A stretch of 64,000 bases of DNA, from positions 44,632 through 108,631 of the IMG/VR virus record IMGVR_UViG_3300043424_000354; one strand, given 5' to 3'. This DNA is from a virus. A model generated the notes under the pieces. That model was not told the DNA's origin, ran no database searches, and saw only the letters and a list, made by a program, of their open reading frames with translations. How positions within the stretch are numbered: the stretch's first letter is position 1; each line of letters starts with the position of its first letter. The position numbers were made by a program, and so were the translations under genes. Shown one piece after another: positions 29,786-38,355 of the stretch.

Positions 29786-29812
29786 AAAAGGGGAGCGTTT
29801 CGCTCCCCTTTT
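29786..29812. terminator. Bidirectional intrinsic terminator
   Basis: AAAAGGGGAGCG-TTT-CGCTCCCCTTTT between convergent genes. Confidence 0.92.
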
Positions 29813-29815
29813 CTT

Positions 29816-30739
29816 TTAGTCGTCAGCGAGACTTGAGAAATAACTCATAGTATCATCGTCGCTGTCATCATTCCAAGGTGGAGTATCCTCGGTCTTACGA
29901 GCAGCAGGTGCCGACATCATCTTGGTTTCAACGAACAGTTCGTCCTCAGCGTCCAGCGGATTAACCTTCTCAGCAGTTGCTACGCGAGCACCACCTGAAA
30001 GAACTGCATTCAACTTTGCCTTCAGTTCGTCATACGACTTGAAGTTAGCAGGGTCGAGGAACGCTGCAAGAGAGTGAGTGCTTTTCCAAACACGCTCGAG
30101 TTCTGCTTCGTCCTGCGAGAGAGGCGATGGCCCATCAAATTCCGACTTATCGTAGTTACGATAACCTTCAACCTGACGAATGCGCAACTTAAAGTTAGCA
30201 CCTTCCCAGAGATCGAACGGATTGACAGGTTGCTCATCTTCGAACGTAGGTTGCATCACATCCTTGACCTTGTCAAAGATCTTCTTACCATACTTGTAGA
30301 GGAACACCTTACCTTCATTCTCAGGATTAGCAGGGTCACGAACAACCAGTACGTTTGAAACATACGAAAGGCGACGCTTCTGCTTACGAGCGATTTCCTT
30401 GTTCGCTTCGATACCAGAGTTCCACAGTTCGGAGTTAAGTTCTCCGACGGGATCGGGCTTGTTCAGAGTGGTCAGCGAGTTCTCGATATACCACTTACCA
30501 GTTGGACCCTGGAAACCATGGTCCCAGATACGAACCCAAGGAAGTTCTTCGCCAGCAGGAGCAGGAAGAAAACGAAGCACTGCTTGACCGTTACCTGCCT
30601 TATCGACAGTCGGTTTCCAGAAGCGATCATCATCGCCACGCTTTTCGTTTGATGGGTTTGCGATTGACTCAACTGCCTTCATGAGTGAGTCGAAATTTCC
30701 GCGATTCTTGCGGAGATCAGAAAGTGAATTAAAAGACAT
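29816..30739 (-). CDS. gp32: Single-stranded DNA-binding protein gp32
   Basis: DDRFWKP.VDKAGNG.AVLRFLP, WYIENSLTTL, FLYKYGKKIFDK, NYDKSEF, acidic tail. Confidence 0.96.
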   Translation of the reverse strand: MSFNSLSDLRKNRGNFDSLMKAVESIANPSNEKRGDDDRFWKPTVDKAGNGQAVLRFLPAPAGEELPWVRIWDHGFQGPTGKWYIENSLTTLNKPDPVGELNSELWNSGIEANKEIARKQKRRLSYVSNVLVVRDPANPENEGKVFLYKYGKKIFDKVKDVMQPTFEDEQPVNPFDLWEGANFKLRIRQVEGYRNYDKSEFDGPSPLSQDEAELERVWKSTHSLAAFLDPANFKSYDELKAKLNAVLSGGARVATAEKVNPLDAEDELFVETKMMSAPAARKTEDTPPWNDDSDDDTMSYFSSLADD

Positions 30740-30768
30740 ATCTTTTTCCTTTATATATGCGTTGTATG

Positions 30769-30930
30769 TTAATATTTGCGATTTGTATCATAATCATCAT
30801 AGTCATCATCATCGTGACTACTAGAGTATTTATACAAGTTTTTGCGGTGCTTGTTGGATTTGTCAACACCTTTTCGAACTTCTTTGACTCGAGGTTCGTA
30901 ATCATAATCTCTGCGTCTAGAGTGACTCAT
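30769..30930 (-). CDS. 53-aa hypothetical protein with basic N-half and acidic tail (absent from the ORF track)
   Basis: MSHSRRRDYDYEPRVKEVRKG...DDDDYDDYDTNRKY; ATG directly follows the gp59 stop. Confidence 0.65.
   Translation of the reverse strand: MSHSRRRDYDYEPRVKEVRKGVDKSNKHRKNLYKYSSSHDDDDYDDYDTNRKY
30827..30834 (-). promoter_or_regulatory. Late promoter upstream of gp32
   Basis: TATAAATA inside the 53-aa ORF. Confidence 0.6.
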
Positions 30931-31530
30931 TTAATAAACCACTTCACCCTTCTCCTTGTTCCATAGGTGTAAGTATTTTTCTTTGTCGATCTTGACAAAG
31001 ATCCTATACTTTTTAATAAGCAGCGAAATATCCTTCCAGATAAAATCGTATTGAAGAATATTATCATTACTATACTTGAAATCAAACAATTTGTCAAGTA
31101 TAATTACCGTCTCGAGTGAAATTTTTCCCCCGAGATACAGTCGAACAATCAATGGATGTTTACCGTTATTAGCAGTAAACGGATCCTCTAGAGTTTTCTC
31201 TGCTTCGAGTAAGATGTTATTAATATCTTGTTTGAATACATATGAAAGTTTCTGTTGACGTATCTTCCAGTTTTCATATGCTTCTTCTGATTCAGAATCA
31301 AAAACTCCACCATACTTGTCGCCTCGTGTAAAATTGGCAACAAGAAAATCTATGATTTCTTTCTTGGAGTATTTCTCGCCGAGTTTTCTGAAGGCAATAA
31401 TATCTTTACGTTTAAGAAAGGAATTTTTGCAATCCTTGACCATCCCCTTTGTTTTGGAGATGTCATATGATTCTGTAGTGAAGTGCAATTTTATTGCCAT
31501 GTATAGACGATAAACGTCATATGCATCCAT
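30931..31530 (-). CDS. gp59: Helicase loader gp59
   Basis: Y.AIKLHFT..SYD, FLKRKD..FRKL, FLVANF, HPLIVRLYLGGKISLET. Confidence 0.88.
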   Translation of the reverse strand: MDAYDVYRLYMAIKLHFTTESYDISKTKGMVKDCKNSFLKRKDIIAFRKLGEKYSKKEIIDFLVANFTRGDKYGGVFDSESEEAYENWKIRQQKLSYVFKQDINNILLEAEKTLEDPFTANNGKHPLIVRLYLGGKISLETVIILDKLFDFKYSNDNILQYDFIWKDISLLIKKYRIFVKIDKEKYLHLWNKEKGEVVY

Positions 31531-31805
31531 TAGATTGGCAGTTTGCCAGACTTTCTCTTCAAGAGGTTAAGTTCTTCTGCTTCCGCTCTAATCTTCTCTT
31601 TCAACGAAGAGGTGAGCAAGACAGCGACAGATTCCATTTCAATTTCTTTCTTGACACAATAGTCAACAAGAATATCCATACATGGAACATTATTTGTAAA
31701 TGACTTTTTCTCGATGTACTGAGAAAATTCTGTCGCTGTCTTAAACTCTTTAGTAATCAAAAACTCGTTCGTAATTTGAGTCTCGTCCATAATTAACATT
31801 TCCAA
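31530..31805 (-). CDS. gp33: Late-promoter co-activator gp33
   Basis: EFSQYIEK, MDILVDYC, LKEKIRAEA..LNLLK..KLPI; start could be a downstream Met. Confidence 0.88.
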   Translation of the reverse strand: MEMLIMDETQITNEFLITKEFKTATEFSQYIEKKSFTNNVPCMDILVDYCVKKEIEMESVAVLLTSSLKEKIRAEAEELNLLKRKSGKLPI

Positions 31806-31810
31806 AGTTG

Positions 31811-32410
31811 TTATCCTGCATAAAAAATATGATCACCGATCTTTGCGACACGTCTTAGATTCCAACGAGGATTAACATAATCCGCATGGTAAAATAAAAC
31901 GTTACGACCTAATATACCGTGATTTGCGCCAGAAAGCAATACTTTTTCTGCTACTTTCTTTGATTCCGCATATTGTTGTGCACTGCGCACACGCTTTTTG
32001 CCTTCGCAAACCCAGGAGAATTGACAAGTCCGTCCCGTTTTCTGATACACCACAGAACAAACTGATTTTGGGAACTTCGGACTTTTTACGCGATTGATAG
32101 TTACGGCAGCAACTGCCAGTTTGCCATTAGTGGACTGATTCCCTGCTTCATAATAGATGTTATCAGCAAGGCATTTTAATTCGCGATTATTTGCTAGGTG
32201 TATATTTTGTGTTTTAATTTTACGAATTGCGGTCTTTTCTTTTTCCGCATCTTCTCGTATTTCTTGAATTACTTCTCCGACGCCGAGGGAATATTCCCTT
32301 GCATCTCTTTCGATAGCATTTTCAGCATATGAATTGATTCCATATAAACTATAAACTAATACTGTAAAAATCGAAAGAAACTTGAAAAACTTCTTATTTA
32401 AGGAAGTCAT
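31811..32410 (-). CDS. SleB-like cell wall hydrolase (Hydrolase_2) with an N-terminal TM segment
   Basis: CLADNIYYEA, GKLAVAAVTINRV, CQFSW, FYHADYVNP.W, IGDHIFY. Confidence 0.92.
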   Translation of the reverse strand: MTSLNKKFFKFLSIFTVLVYSLYGINSYAENAIERDAREYSLGVGEVIQEIREDAEKEKTAIRKIKTQNIHLANNRELKCLADNIYYEAGNQSTNGKLAVAAVTINRVKSPKFPKSVCSVVYQKTGRTCQFSWVCEGKKRVRSAQQYAESKKVAEKVLLSGANHGILGRNVLFYHADYVNPRWNLRRVAKIGDHIFYAG

Positions 32411-32503
32411 CTTATTTCCTAAAGGTTGTTAAACTTGAGAGGGTATTTACCAGTGACTCCCCACACTGGGTCGTAAACGACAAAATCCCCCGATGCTTTG
32501 CTG

Positions 32504-32530
32504 TCACCAGATCGGCACCGAGGGATTCAT
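32504..32530 (-). CDS. Putative leaderless 8-aa leader peptide MNPSVPIW
   Basis: AATAAATA-N5-ATG, the same spacing as bona fide genes; overlaps the 5' arm of a 13-bp hairpin. Confidence 0.4.
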   Translation of the reverse strand: MNPSVPIW

Positions 32531-32590
32531 ATAATTATTTATTGATTTGAAACCCTATGTTAACTCGTTCCACCGCTGTAATAGAACGGA

Positions 32591-32624
32591 TGGTAGTTTT
32601 TTCTGTTTCGAGGAAAAACTACCA
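32591..32624 (-). terminator. Hairpin closing the tmRNA coding piece
   Basis: TGGTAGTTTTTTCT...AGGAAAAACTACCA inverted repeat just after the tag stop codon. Confidence 0.6.
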
Positions 32625-32933
32625 AAACCCAAGGAGATCACGCTGCTAGGCGCATCTCAAAGGCAACATTATCGTTTGCTGCATTTACGTTTTGCGGGCA
32701 CTTTACCCAAGCAATCAGTCTACTCTCGCCTTCAACTCGCAGTCGAATCCTAAGTACGCCCCCATCATAGATACTGCCCGTTACTGACGCATCACGCAAT
32801 CTCGTCTTGGGTTTTTATTTCGCTACGCTGGAAGATACCCTATCTCCCTTGTGCCACTTGACAGTATCTATGGTGGAGGCGAGGGGAGTTGCACCCCTGT
32901 CCTACGAAGCATTCAGTTTGTATCAACAACTGA
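32591..32933 (-). ncRNA. ssrA: Circularly permuted two-piece tmRNA: acceptor piece ~32933-32871 ending CCA, intervening segment 32870-32764, coding piece from 32763; tag frame 32682-32638 AANDNVAFEMRLAA
   Basis: GGGGGCG / CGCCTCC-ACCA acceptor stem with G3.U wobble; T-arm AGGGG-TGCAACT-CCCCT; ANDN...LAA tag; acceptor piece precedes the coding piece. Confidence 0.93.
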
Positions 32934-32938
32934 TAATC

Positions 32939-32969
32939 TATTTATACTATACTGATCTTTAAAAGTCAA
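32939..32969 (-). promoter_or_regulatory. Composite sigma70-type and T4-late promoter for the tmRNA
   Basis: TTGACT-N17-TATAAA whose -10 is part of TATAAATA. Confidence 0.8.
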
Positions 32970-32974
32970 GTATT

Positions 32975-33148
32975 TTATGCTTCCCAGGGAAGTTTTTTTC
33001 CTACTGAACCCCATTTTCCTATTGGGCAGGATGCTCGATTCAGTTTAGTTTTTGCTGGCATGAGGCAACCGCACTTCATACACAACCGTGCTTTGTAAAA
33101 CTCGCATCCCTTGCAAATTGCCAACCTTTGCTCGGAAAGTTCGCTCAT
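32975..33148 (-). CDS. 57-aa Cys-rich metal-binding protein (DUF6171-like; absent from the ORF track)
   Basis: RLAICKGCEF...CMKCGCLMPAKTKL..ASCPIGKW; ATGA overlap with the exonuclease stop. Confidence 0.8.
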   Translation of the reverse strand: MSELSEQRLAICKGCEFYKARLCMKCGCLMPAKTKLNRASCPIGKWGSVGKKLPWEA

Positions 33149-33825
33149 GCTGACCAGTAACCGTTTTCGAAGTAATCGCGAGTACGGATTAGTTCTTTTG
33201 TCCAGTCATCACGACGTTCGATGAAGACTTGAGGTTCGTCATCTTCGACAGCAACCAGAATAACCAACCAAGGAATAGGAATCCCAGTCCGTTCCTCATA
33301 CATGATAGCATACGCTGCTGCCTGCATGAAGTAGGAGTGGATCTGCGATTTATATTTTGCCTTATTGGCAGTCTTGAAGTCGATAACTGCACGCTTGCCA
33401 TTGTATTCAGCAATACAGTCTACACGACCTGCCATGCGAAGGTGATCGCTGTAGAGCGCAAGCTCCTGGCAGTGAATATCACCGATGGAATCCAGAACAG
33501 GTTTAAACTTCTTGAACATCTCAACGTCAAGTAGAGATGCCTTCGTAGTTGTATACGCTTCTTCTAGATCTTCGTTTTTGAGATATGCTTCAGTTAGCGA
33601 GTGAATCTTAGTTCCGCGAGTGGTCGCTTTCTTAGAAACCTTGTTCGCTTCTTCTTCGCCAACTCGTTTGCGCCAAGCAGTGATAGCATCACGAGAGAGA
33701 ACAGACAGAACGGTGGTGGCAGAAGGATACGCAGCGCCAGAGGCATTTACGTAAACTCTACCACCATCTTCGTTCGTTACTGATTGGGCGAAATCTTCAT
33801 ATTCATAGATCGTTTTAAACATCAT
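33145..33825 (-). CDS. PD-(D/E)XK exonuclease of T4-like phages
   Basis: YPSATTVL, WRKRVGEEEAN, RGTKIH, AGRVDCIAEY, IDFKT, QAAAYA. Confidence 0.9.
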   Translation of the reverse strand: MMFKTIYEYEDFAQSVTNEDGGRVYVNASGAAYPSATTVLSVLSRDAITAWRKRVGEEEANKVSKKATTRGTKIHSLTEAYLKNEDLEEAYTTTKASLLDVEMFKKFKPVLDSIGDIHCQELALYSDHLRMAGRVDCIAEYNGKRAVIDFKTANKAKYKSQIHSYFMQAAAYAIMYEERTGIPIPWLVILVAVEDDEPQVFIERRDDWTKELIRTRDYFENGYWSA

Positions 33826-33830
33826 AATCC

Positions 33831-33859
33831 AATATACTATAAAATTACAGAAAAGTCAA
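33831..33859 (-). promoter_or_regulatory. Sigma70-type early promoter
   Basis: TTGACT-N17-TATATT. Confidence 0.75.
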
Positions 33860-33863
33860 GCCC

Positions 33864-34619
33864 CTAATTAAATTTTTCTTCGTATTCCATACGAGCAAGG
33901 ATATATTCCTTAACAAGTTTAGAACGGACGATATCGTTAGCAGAAAACTCCACTGTCTTAAAAGAGGGCATCATGTCAGCAATCGCAATGAATTTTTGCA
34001 ACCCAGACATATCGTTCTTTTTATATAGGTCAGTTTGACGGAAGTCTCCGCAGAAAATAATCTTGGAGTTTTTACCGATTCTCGTCATGATAGAGTTTAG
34101 TTCCATGTCAGTCATATTCTGACATTCGTCGACAATGATAATAGAATTATCAAGAGTTATACCACGCACGAACGAGGTGATTAGGAAATGAACGGTCTTT
34201 TGTTCCTGCAGGCGCTGGAATGGTTGAATATGGTTGATTAAATCTTCGCATATCTCAACGTAAGGTAAAGTATAGACCTCTGTTTTTTCCTTCTCGTCAC
34301 CTGGAAGGTGTCCGATATCTCTTGATGGTACTGCCGAGCGAACCACAACTAAACGCTCGAAAACTGATTCTGGATCTAGAACTTCTTCTAGTGCTTTATA
34401 CATTGAAATGAAAGTTTTACCTGTGCCTGCTACACCATGTAGAAGCATCGCAGTGGACTGTTGATCATAAAGGTCGAAAAATACTCTTTGGTTTTGTGTT
34501 TTTGGTTGAATACCTGTTAGATCTTCGTATTTGACTTTGCATAGTTTACTTTTTTCGATTGTTACCTTTGGTTCAGAATTCGAGACAATTTGTAAATTAT
34601 TTTGTTTTCTTCTCGACAT
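33864..34619 (-). CDS. phoH: PhoH family ATPase
   Basis: GVAGTGKT, VRSAVP.RDIGHLPG, SFVRGITLD, DECQN, GDFRQTD, DIVRS; ATG at 34619 after AAGGA. Confidence 0.93.
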   Translation of the reverse strand: MSRRKQNNLQIVSNSEPKVTIEKSKLCKVKYEDLTGIQPKTQNQRVFFDLYDQQSTAMLLHGVAGTGKTFISMYKALEEVLDPESVFERLVVVRSAVPSRDIGHLPGDEKEKTEVYTLPYVEICEDLINHIQPFQRLQEQKTVHFLITSFVRGITLDNSIIIVDECQNMTDMELNSIMTRIGKNSKIIFCGDFRQTDLYKKNDMSGLQKFIAIADMMPSFKTVEFSANDIVRSKLVKEYILARMEYEEKFN

Positions 34620-34650
34620 AACAGTCCTTATTTTATCTAGAGTTGATACG

Positions 34651-34682
34651 AAAAAGGCGACACCACACAAGGTGGAGTCGCC
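34651..34682 (-). terminator. Intrinsic terminator upstream of phoH
   Basis: GGCGAC-T-CCAC-CTTGT-GTGG-T-GTCGCC-TTTTT. Confidence 0.8.
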
Positions 34683-34683
34683 C

Positions 34684-34743
34684 TTATTTACCGAGGATAT
34701 CGGTATCTGGAATTGGAATTGGAATCGTTCTTTTTTGTCTCAT
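34684..34743 (-). CDS. Putative leaderless 19-aa peptide MRQKRTIPIPIPDTDILGK
   Basis: AATAAATA-N5-ATG; stop codon 1 nt before the terminator stem. Confidence 0.45.
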   Translation of the reverse strand: MRQKRTIPIPIPDTDILGK

Positions 34744-34754
34744 GCAAGTATTTA

Positions 34755-35294
34755 TTAAATTGCGACGCTCCACCACTCTGGAACAGGACGATTTTTCCAC
34801 TTTGCCATACTTTTTTTCGCACCGATATAATAGTTTCGGTAGGACTGAACCGAGTCGGGAACTTTGTATTCGTCGGGCATAGCAGGAGTCGGTTGAGTTT
34901 TATGACCAACAGGAATATTGACTGGTGGTTTGCGCAACCAGTAAACAAGACGTTCAGTGGAATGATGCTTGCCGTAACGGTGCGTGTATTCTAGTAGAAG
35001 TTCCTGAAACAAACACATCAACCAAGTATAGTTATTGTTGGATTGACGAACCCAAACAGCACTGGGATGATTGACATGCGATGCTTTGTAAAGATGCTGT
35101 TCGAGGTCAGGGTCGGGCAATCGCCAACGCTTAATTTTGCGACCAGAGGAAGCATCAATATATTCCTCGCCGTCTAGCATACGATGCGCAGTTGAAAGCA
35201 ATTGCGCATACTCGAGAATCATCTTGACGACATGTTTGTCAACATGCATTTCGGCGCAGATCTTAGGATCTGGGTGTAGATAAAAGATATTCAT
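34755..35294 (-). CDS. Pyrimidine-dimer glycosylase / DenV-superfamily protein
   Basis: MNIFYL..DP..CA..H.DKHVVKMILEYAQLLSTAH, HVNHPS, YTHRYGKHH, AMPDEYK, YRNYY. Confidence 0.8.
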   Translation of the reverse strand: MNIFYLHPDPKICAEMHVDKHVVKMILEYAQLLSTAHRMLDGEEYIDASSGRKIKRWRLPDPDLEQHLYKASHVNHPSAVWVRQSNNNYTWLMCLFQELLLEYTHRYGKHHSTERLVYWLRKPPVNIPVGHKTQPTPAMPDEYKVPDSVQSYRNYYIGAKKSMAKWKNRPVPEWWSVAI

Positions 35295-35300
35295 AATATA

Positions 35301-35585
35301 TTAGTTCTCAATTTTAAATGGGATCTCTTCAATAGACTTTCGGATGCACTTGATATGTTCTTTAGTCATATTCGAAATATACTCGGATTCTAGAGCAAAG
35401 TCAATACATTTTATCACATCAACTGGATCCATTTTCACCAAATCGTCGATTATTGCTCGTTGTTCAGTTTCGCCGAAAGCATTTACGCAAAAAAGAACAA
35501 TATCAATATCCATATCTGAATACAACGGTATTCGGTATAACCGCTTCCCGAAGAACTTATCAGGGAATTTGAGTATCTCTGCCAT
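35301..35585 (-). CDS. Hypothetical protein (leaderless late gene)
   Basis: 94-aa ORF directly after AATAAATA-N5. Confidence 0.7.
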   Translation of the reverse strand: MAEILKFPDKFFGKRLYRIPLYSDMDIDIVLFCVNAFGETEQRAIIDDLVKMDPVDVIKCIDFALESEYISNMTKEHIKCIRKSIEEIPFKIEN

Positions 35586-35596
35586 GATATTATTTA

Positions 35597-37030
35597 TTAA
35601 AAGACCTTCACATTATACATGCCTTGAAACATCTTAGCGTCTTTCTCGTCATTAACCATCGGAAATCCTTTAATGTTCAGACTAGTATTGAGTAGCATCG
35701 GACAACCCGACCACAGATACCATTCGTTCAAGAGATTCCAAAGATCAGGATGCTGTTCTTTTGTTACAGTCTGGACGCGAGAAGTCCCGTCTGCATGAAC
35801 AATAGCAGGAAACTGATCAGGATATTTACATCTTGAAGTATATTGCATATACGGGGATGATTCAACTGGCATGTCAAAATATTCGCTTGCATGCTCTGCC
35901 ATGATGACAGGCGCGAATGGTCTAAATTTTTGCCTTCGTTTGATTGCATTTACTCTATCCTTAATATCAGATCTTGTGGGATCTGCGAGCAAACTCCGAT
36001 TACCCAACGCTCTGGGACCAAACTCCGCAGGTCCATTAGCAACACCAACTATACCTGATTTTCGCAGTTCTGTCAATAGATTTCCAATAGGATATGGTCC
36101 AGGAATATTTTCGCCGAGATATGGACCCTTCCAGTTTAGTTTCCTGCGATTATTAGCAGCGATTGCACCAAGACTGCTTCCTGCGTCTCCTGGGTTTGGC
36201 ATAATCCACAAATTTGGGAAGTATTCTATGGCAATAGAATTTGCGCTGCAGTTTAATGCACATCCACCCATGATAACAAGGTTGCGCTGTTTCCAGTTTG
36301 TCAGGTTGCCTGTTCTTACAATCAAATCTCTGAAGAGAACTTCGTAAACCCACTGCGCAGATGCAGCAATATCATAATGATCTTGCTCAGTATTAAGTTC
36401 TGGTTTCCACCACTGACAACCGCGATGTAGATTTTCTTCATTGTAAAGATTCAATAATTCAAGACCGTATTTGTTTTTACCGTATGCCGCCATACCCATG
36501 AGGATATATTCGTCCTCGTTCGGTTTTAACCCAACACGCTGTGTCATTGCTGAATAAAAAAGACCGATGGACTTGGGATATTCCATCGACCAAACCTTCT
36601 TCATCTTCTCACCAGATGCATTCCATATAGTGGCAGTATCAAACTCACCAATCGCATCGATTACTAACACAGCAGCATCATCGAACGGTGAAGTATAGAA
36701 TCCTGCCGCAGCGTGAGATTCATGGTGATATGCAAACTCTACGGGGATACCTTCCAGACCGAAGTGCTTCAGATACTGGCGAACGCTGAAACGAACTAGA
36801 CCTTGACCTGCTAGAAATCTGCGCATTCCTCGAAGTTTAGGTTTCTCATACCAGTGTATTACTTCTGGTTTACCAAACTCTAATGCTGCGTTGATCAGGT
36901 CAGCATTTAGATGCTTGTCGTTTTTGATTCCGCTGTAACGCTCTGCATGAGAGGCGAATAAAATTTCGTCACCCTCCACTACGGTAAGAGCAGCATCATG
37001 CGCTGCGGCAGAGATTCCCCATTCAATCAC
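35597..37030 (-). CDS. Carbamoyltransferase (NodU/CmcH family)
   Basis: HDAA, ERYS.IKND, HHESHAAAGF, DAIGE, MGMAAYG, GGCALNC, EFGPRALGNRS, FRPFAP, HADGTSRVQTV, LLNTSLN. Confidence 0.95.
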   Translation of the reverse strand: MIEWGISAAAHDAALTVVEGDEILFASHAERYSGIKNDKHLNADLINAALEFGKPEVIHWYEKPKLRGMRRFLAGQGLVRFSVRQYLKHFGLEGIPVEFAYHHESHAAAGFYTSPFDDAAVLVIDAIGEFDTATIWNASGEKMKKVWSMEYPKSIGLFYSAMTQRVGLKPNEDEYILMGMAAYGKNKYGLELLNLYNEENLHRGCQWWKPELNTEQDHYDIAASAQWVYEVLFRDLIVRTGNLTNWKQRNLVIMGGCALNCSANSIAIEYFPNLWIMPNPGDAGSSLGAIAANNRRKLNWKGPYLGENIPGPYPIGNLLTELRKSGIVGVANGPAEFGPRALGNRSLLADPTRSDIKDRVNAIKRRQKFRPFAPVIMAEHASEYFDMPVESSPYMQYTSRCKYPDQFPAIVHADGTSRVQTVTKEQHPDLWNLLNEWYLWSGCPMLLNTSLNIKGFPMVNDEKDAKMFQGMYNVKVF

Positions 37031-38355
37031 TTATATAACCATTCAAGTTCTGGAAAGGTTTTCATGAAATCTGTATTTCGAACATTATCAAGTTTGGAAT
37101 ATTCTTCCATATGTTTTAAGTAATCTTCGCCGTCATAATCAAAGAAATCCATGTCTTTTTGATCAATTTTTCGCATTTCTTTGATTTTTTCTATTGAATT
37201 AATAATACTTTGTTTTTTATATGGATTAGAAGCATTCGGTATGACAGTATCCAAATACCATGTTTCAAACTCCTCTAACGACCGAATAACATATTCCCAG
37301 TGTTGCTGTGGAATATTCATTACATTCAAATGCTTTGGTGTTCGTATTAGATTGGTAAACAAGAAATATTCAAAGGTTGGATGATATTTGTTACTTTCCT
37401 GATATATACCTATAGAAAGAAATTCTTGAACCATTTCCTTTAATCTGTGCATATTTAAGGCACTCAATACAGGTGCAATACACAATTTATGCGTAGGATT
37501 ATGTTCAGTGTTTATTTCCTCGAAGCAATCATGAATTTTTTTGAGATTCTGTGAAACACTATCCCATTTTGCGGGCCACCGTATATAATTAAATCTATCC
37601 CCGACTTCATCGATACTCGCCATTATTAACACTGATTTAAACTGTTTCCAGTACTCTAGAACATCTTTATCCTTATTCTTCAGCGTGCTACAATTTGTAG
37701 AATATACAAGATCAATTTCTTTTGCTCGATCTGCCTCTATAAGTTTATCAAGAGTATACCAGTGATATTTTGACAACATCGGTTCGCCTCCAGCAAAATA
37801 AATGTTATCAACGCTGTCCAAATTATCATCAATTAATTGATATGCTATCGTATCGTCAGTTGGTTCGATAAATTTCGGAGAAGTTGGAGGTATATTTAAT
37901 TTTTGCATGAGATCATACCAACTAGAACTCAACGCATGACCGCAAGTAATGCATGCTTGGTTACAATGATTGGAGAATCTAAAATCAATATACTTCAATT
38001 TGTTCGTAGTCATTGATCCATCTTCAAGTAACTGACTCATGTAATAATCATAATTTGATTCGTATTGGGTGTTGCGCCACTTTCTTGAACTGGTATCGGA
38101 AAACTTTTCAGTGTCATAACAGAAAGAACATATTGGATTCTTTTCACCTGCTATCATTCTACGTCGAAATTCTTTATACTCTTCGCCATTCCAAATTTCT
38201 TCCCACGAAGAAACCATGTTTATATTTCCAAGTGGCGGTTTTGTCATGTCCCCCACGCAACAAGGCATAACATTTCCGTTAGGTGCCACGTATGTATGGA
38301 GCAATCCCAACATACAAAAAGAAGGATTTTCTTTGAGATTATAATCTTTAGTCAT
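37027..38355 (-). CDS. Radical SAM protein with N-terminal SPASM/twitch-like domain
   Basis: C...GNVMPCC...CSFC; NHCNQACITC; AGGEP. Confidence 0.9.
   Translation of the reverse strand: MTKDYNLKENPSFCMLGLLHTYVAPNGNVMPCCVGDMTKPPLGNINMVSSWEEIWNGEEYKEFRRRMIAGEKNPICSFCYDTEKFSDTSSRKWRNTQYESNYDYYMSQLLEDGSMTTNKLKYIDFRFSNHCNQACITCGHALSSSWYDLMQKLNIPPTSPKFIEPTDDTIAYQLIDDNLDSVDNIYFAGGEPMLSKYHWYTLDKLIEADRAKEIDLVYSTNCSTLKNKDKDVLEYWKQFKSVLIMASIDEVGDRFNYIRWPAKWDSVSQNLKKIHDCFEEINTEHNPTHKLCIAPVLSALNMHRLKEMVQEFLSIGIYQESNKYHPTFEYFLFTNLIRTPKHLNVMNIPQQHWEYVIRSLEEFETWYLDTVIPNASNPYKKQSIINSIEKIKEMRKIDQKDMDFFDYDGEDYLKHMEEYSKLDNVRNTDFMKTFPELEWLYK

Noticed and set aside
32420-32475. SAM-II or preQ1 riboswitch
   Set aside because: It has a hairpin plus TAAAT tail, but the ligand-binding consensus nucleotides were not recognisable. 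Kept only as an unclassified structure.
32871-32905. Stand-alone tRNA gene
   Set aside because: Only a T-arm and the 3' acceptor strand are present. The 5' strand lies downstream at 32763, so this is the tmRNA acceptor piece.
33145-33825. cas4 of a CRISPR-Cas locus
   Set aside because: No Fe-S cysteine set, cas genes or array. It is the usual T4-like exonuclease beside phoH.
32504-34743. The two Pro-rich micro-peptides as RiPP precursors for the rSAM operon
   Set aside because: They have no leader/core layout, and their tight coupling to hairpins fits cis-regulation better. Not excluded, but unsupported.
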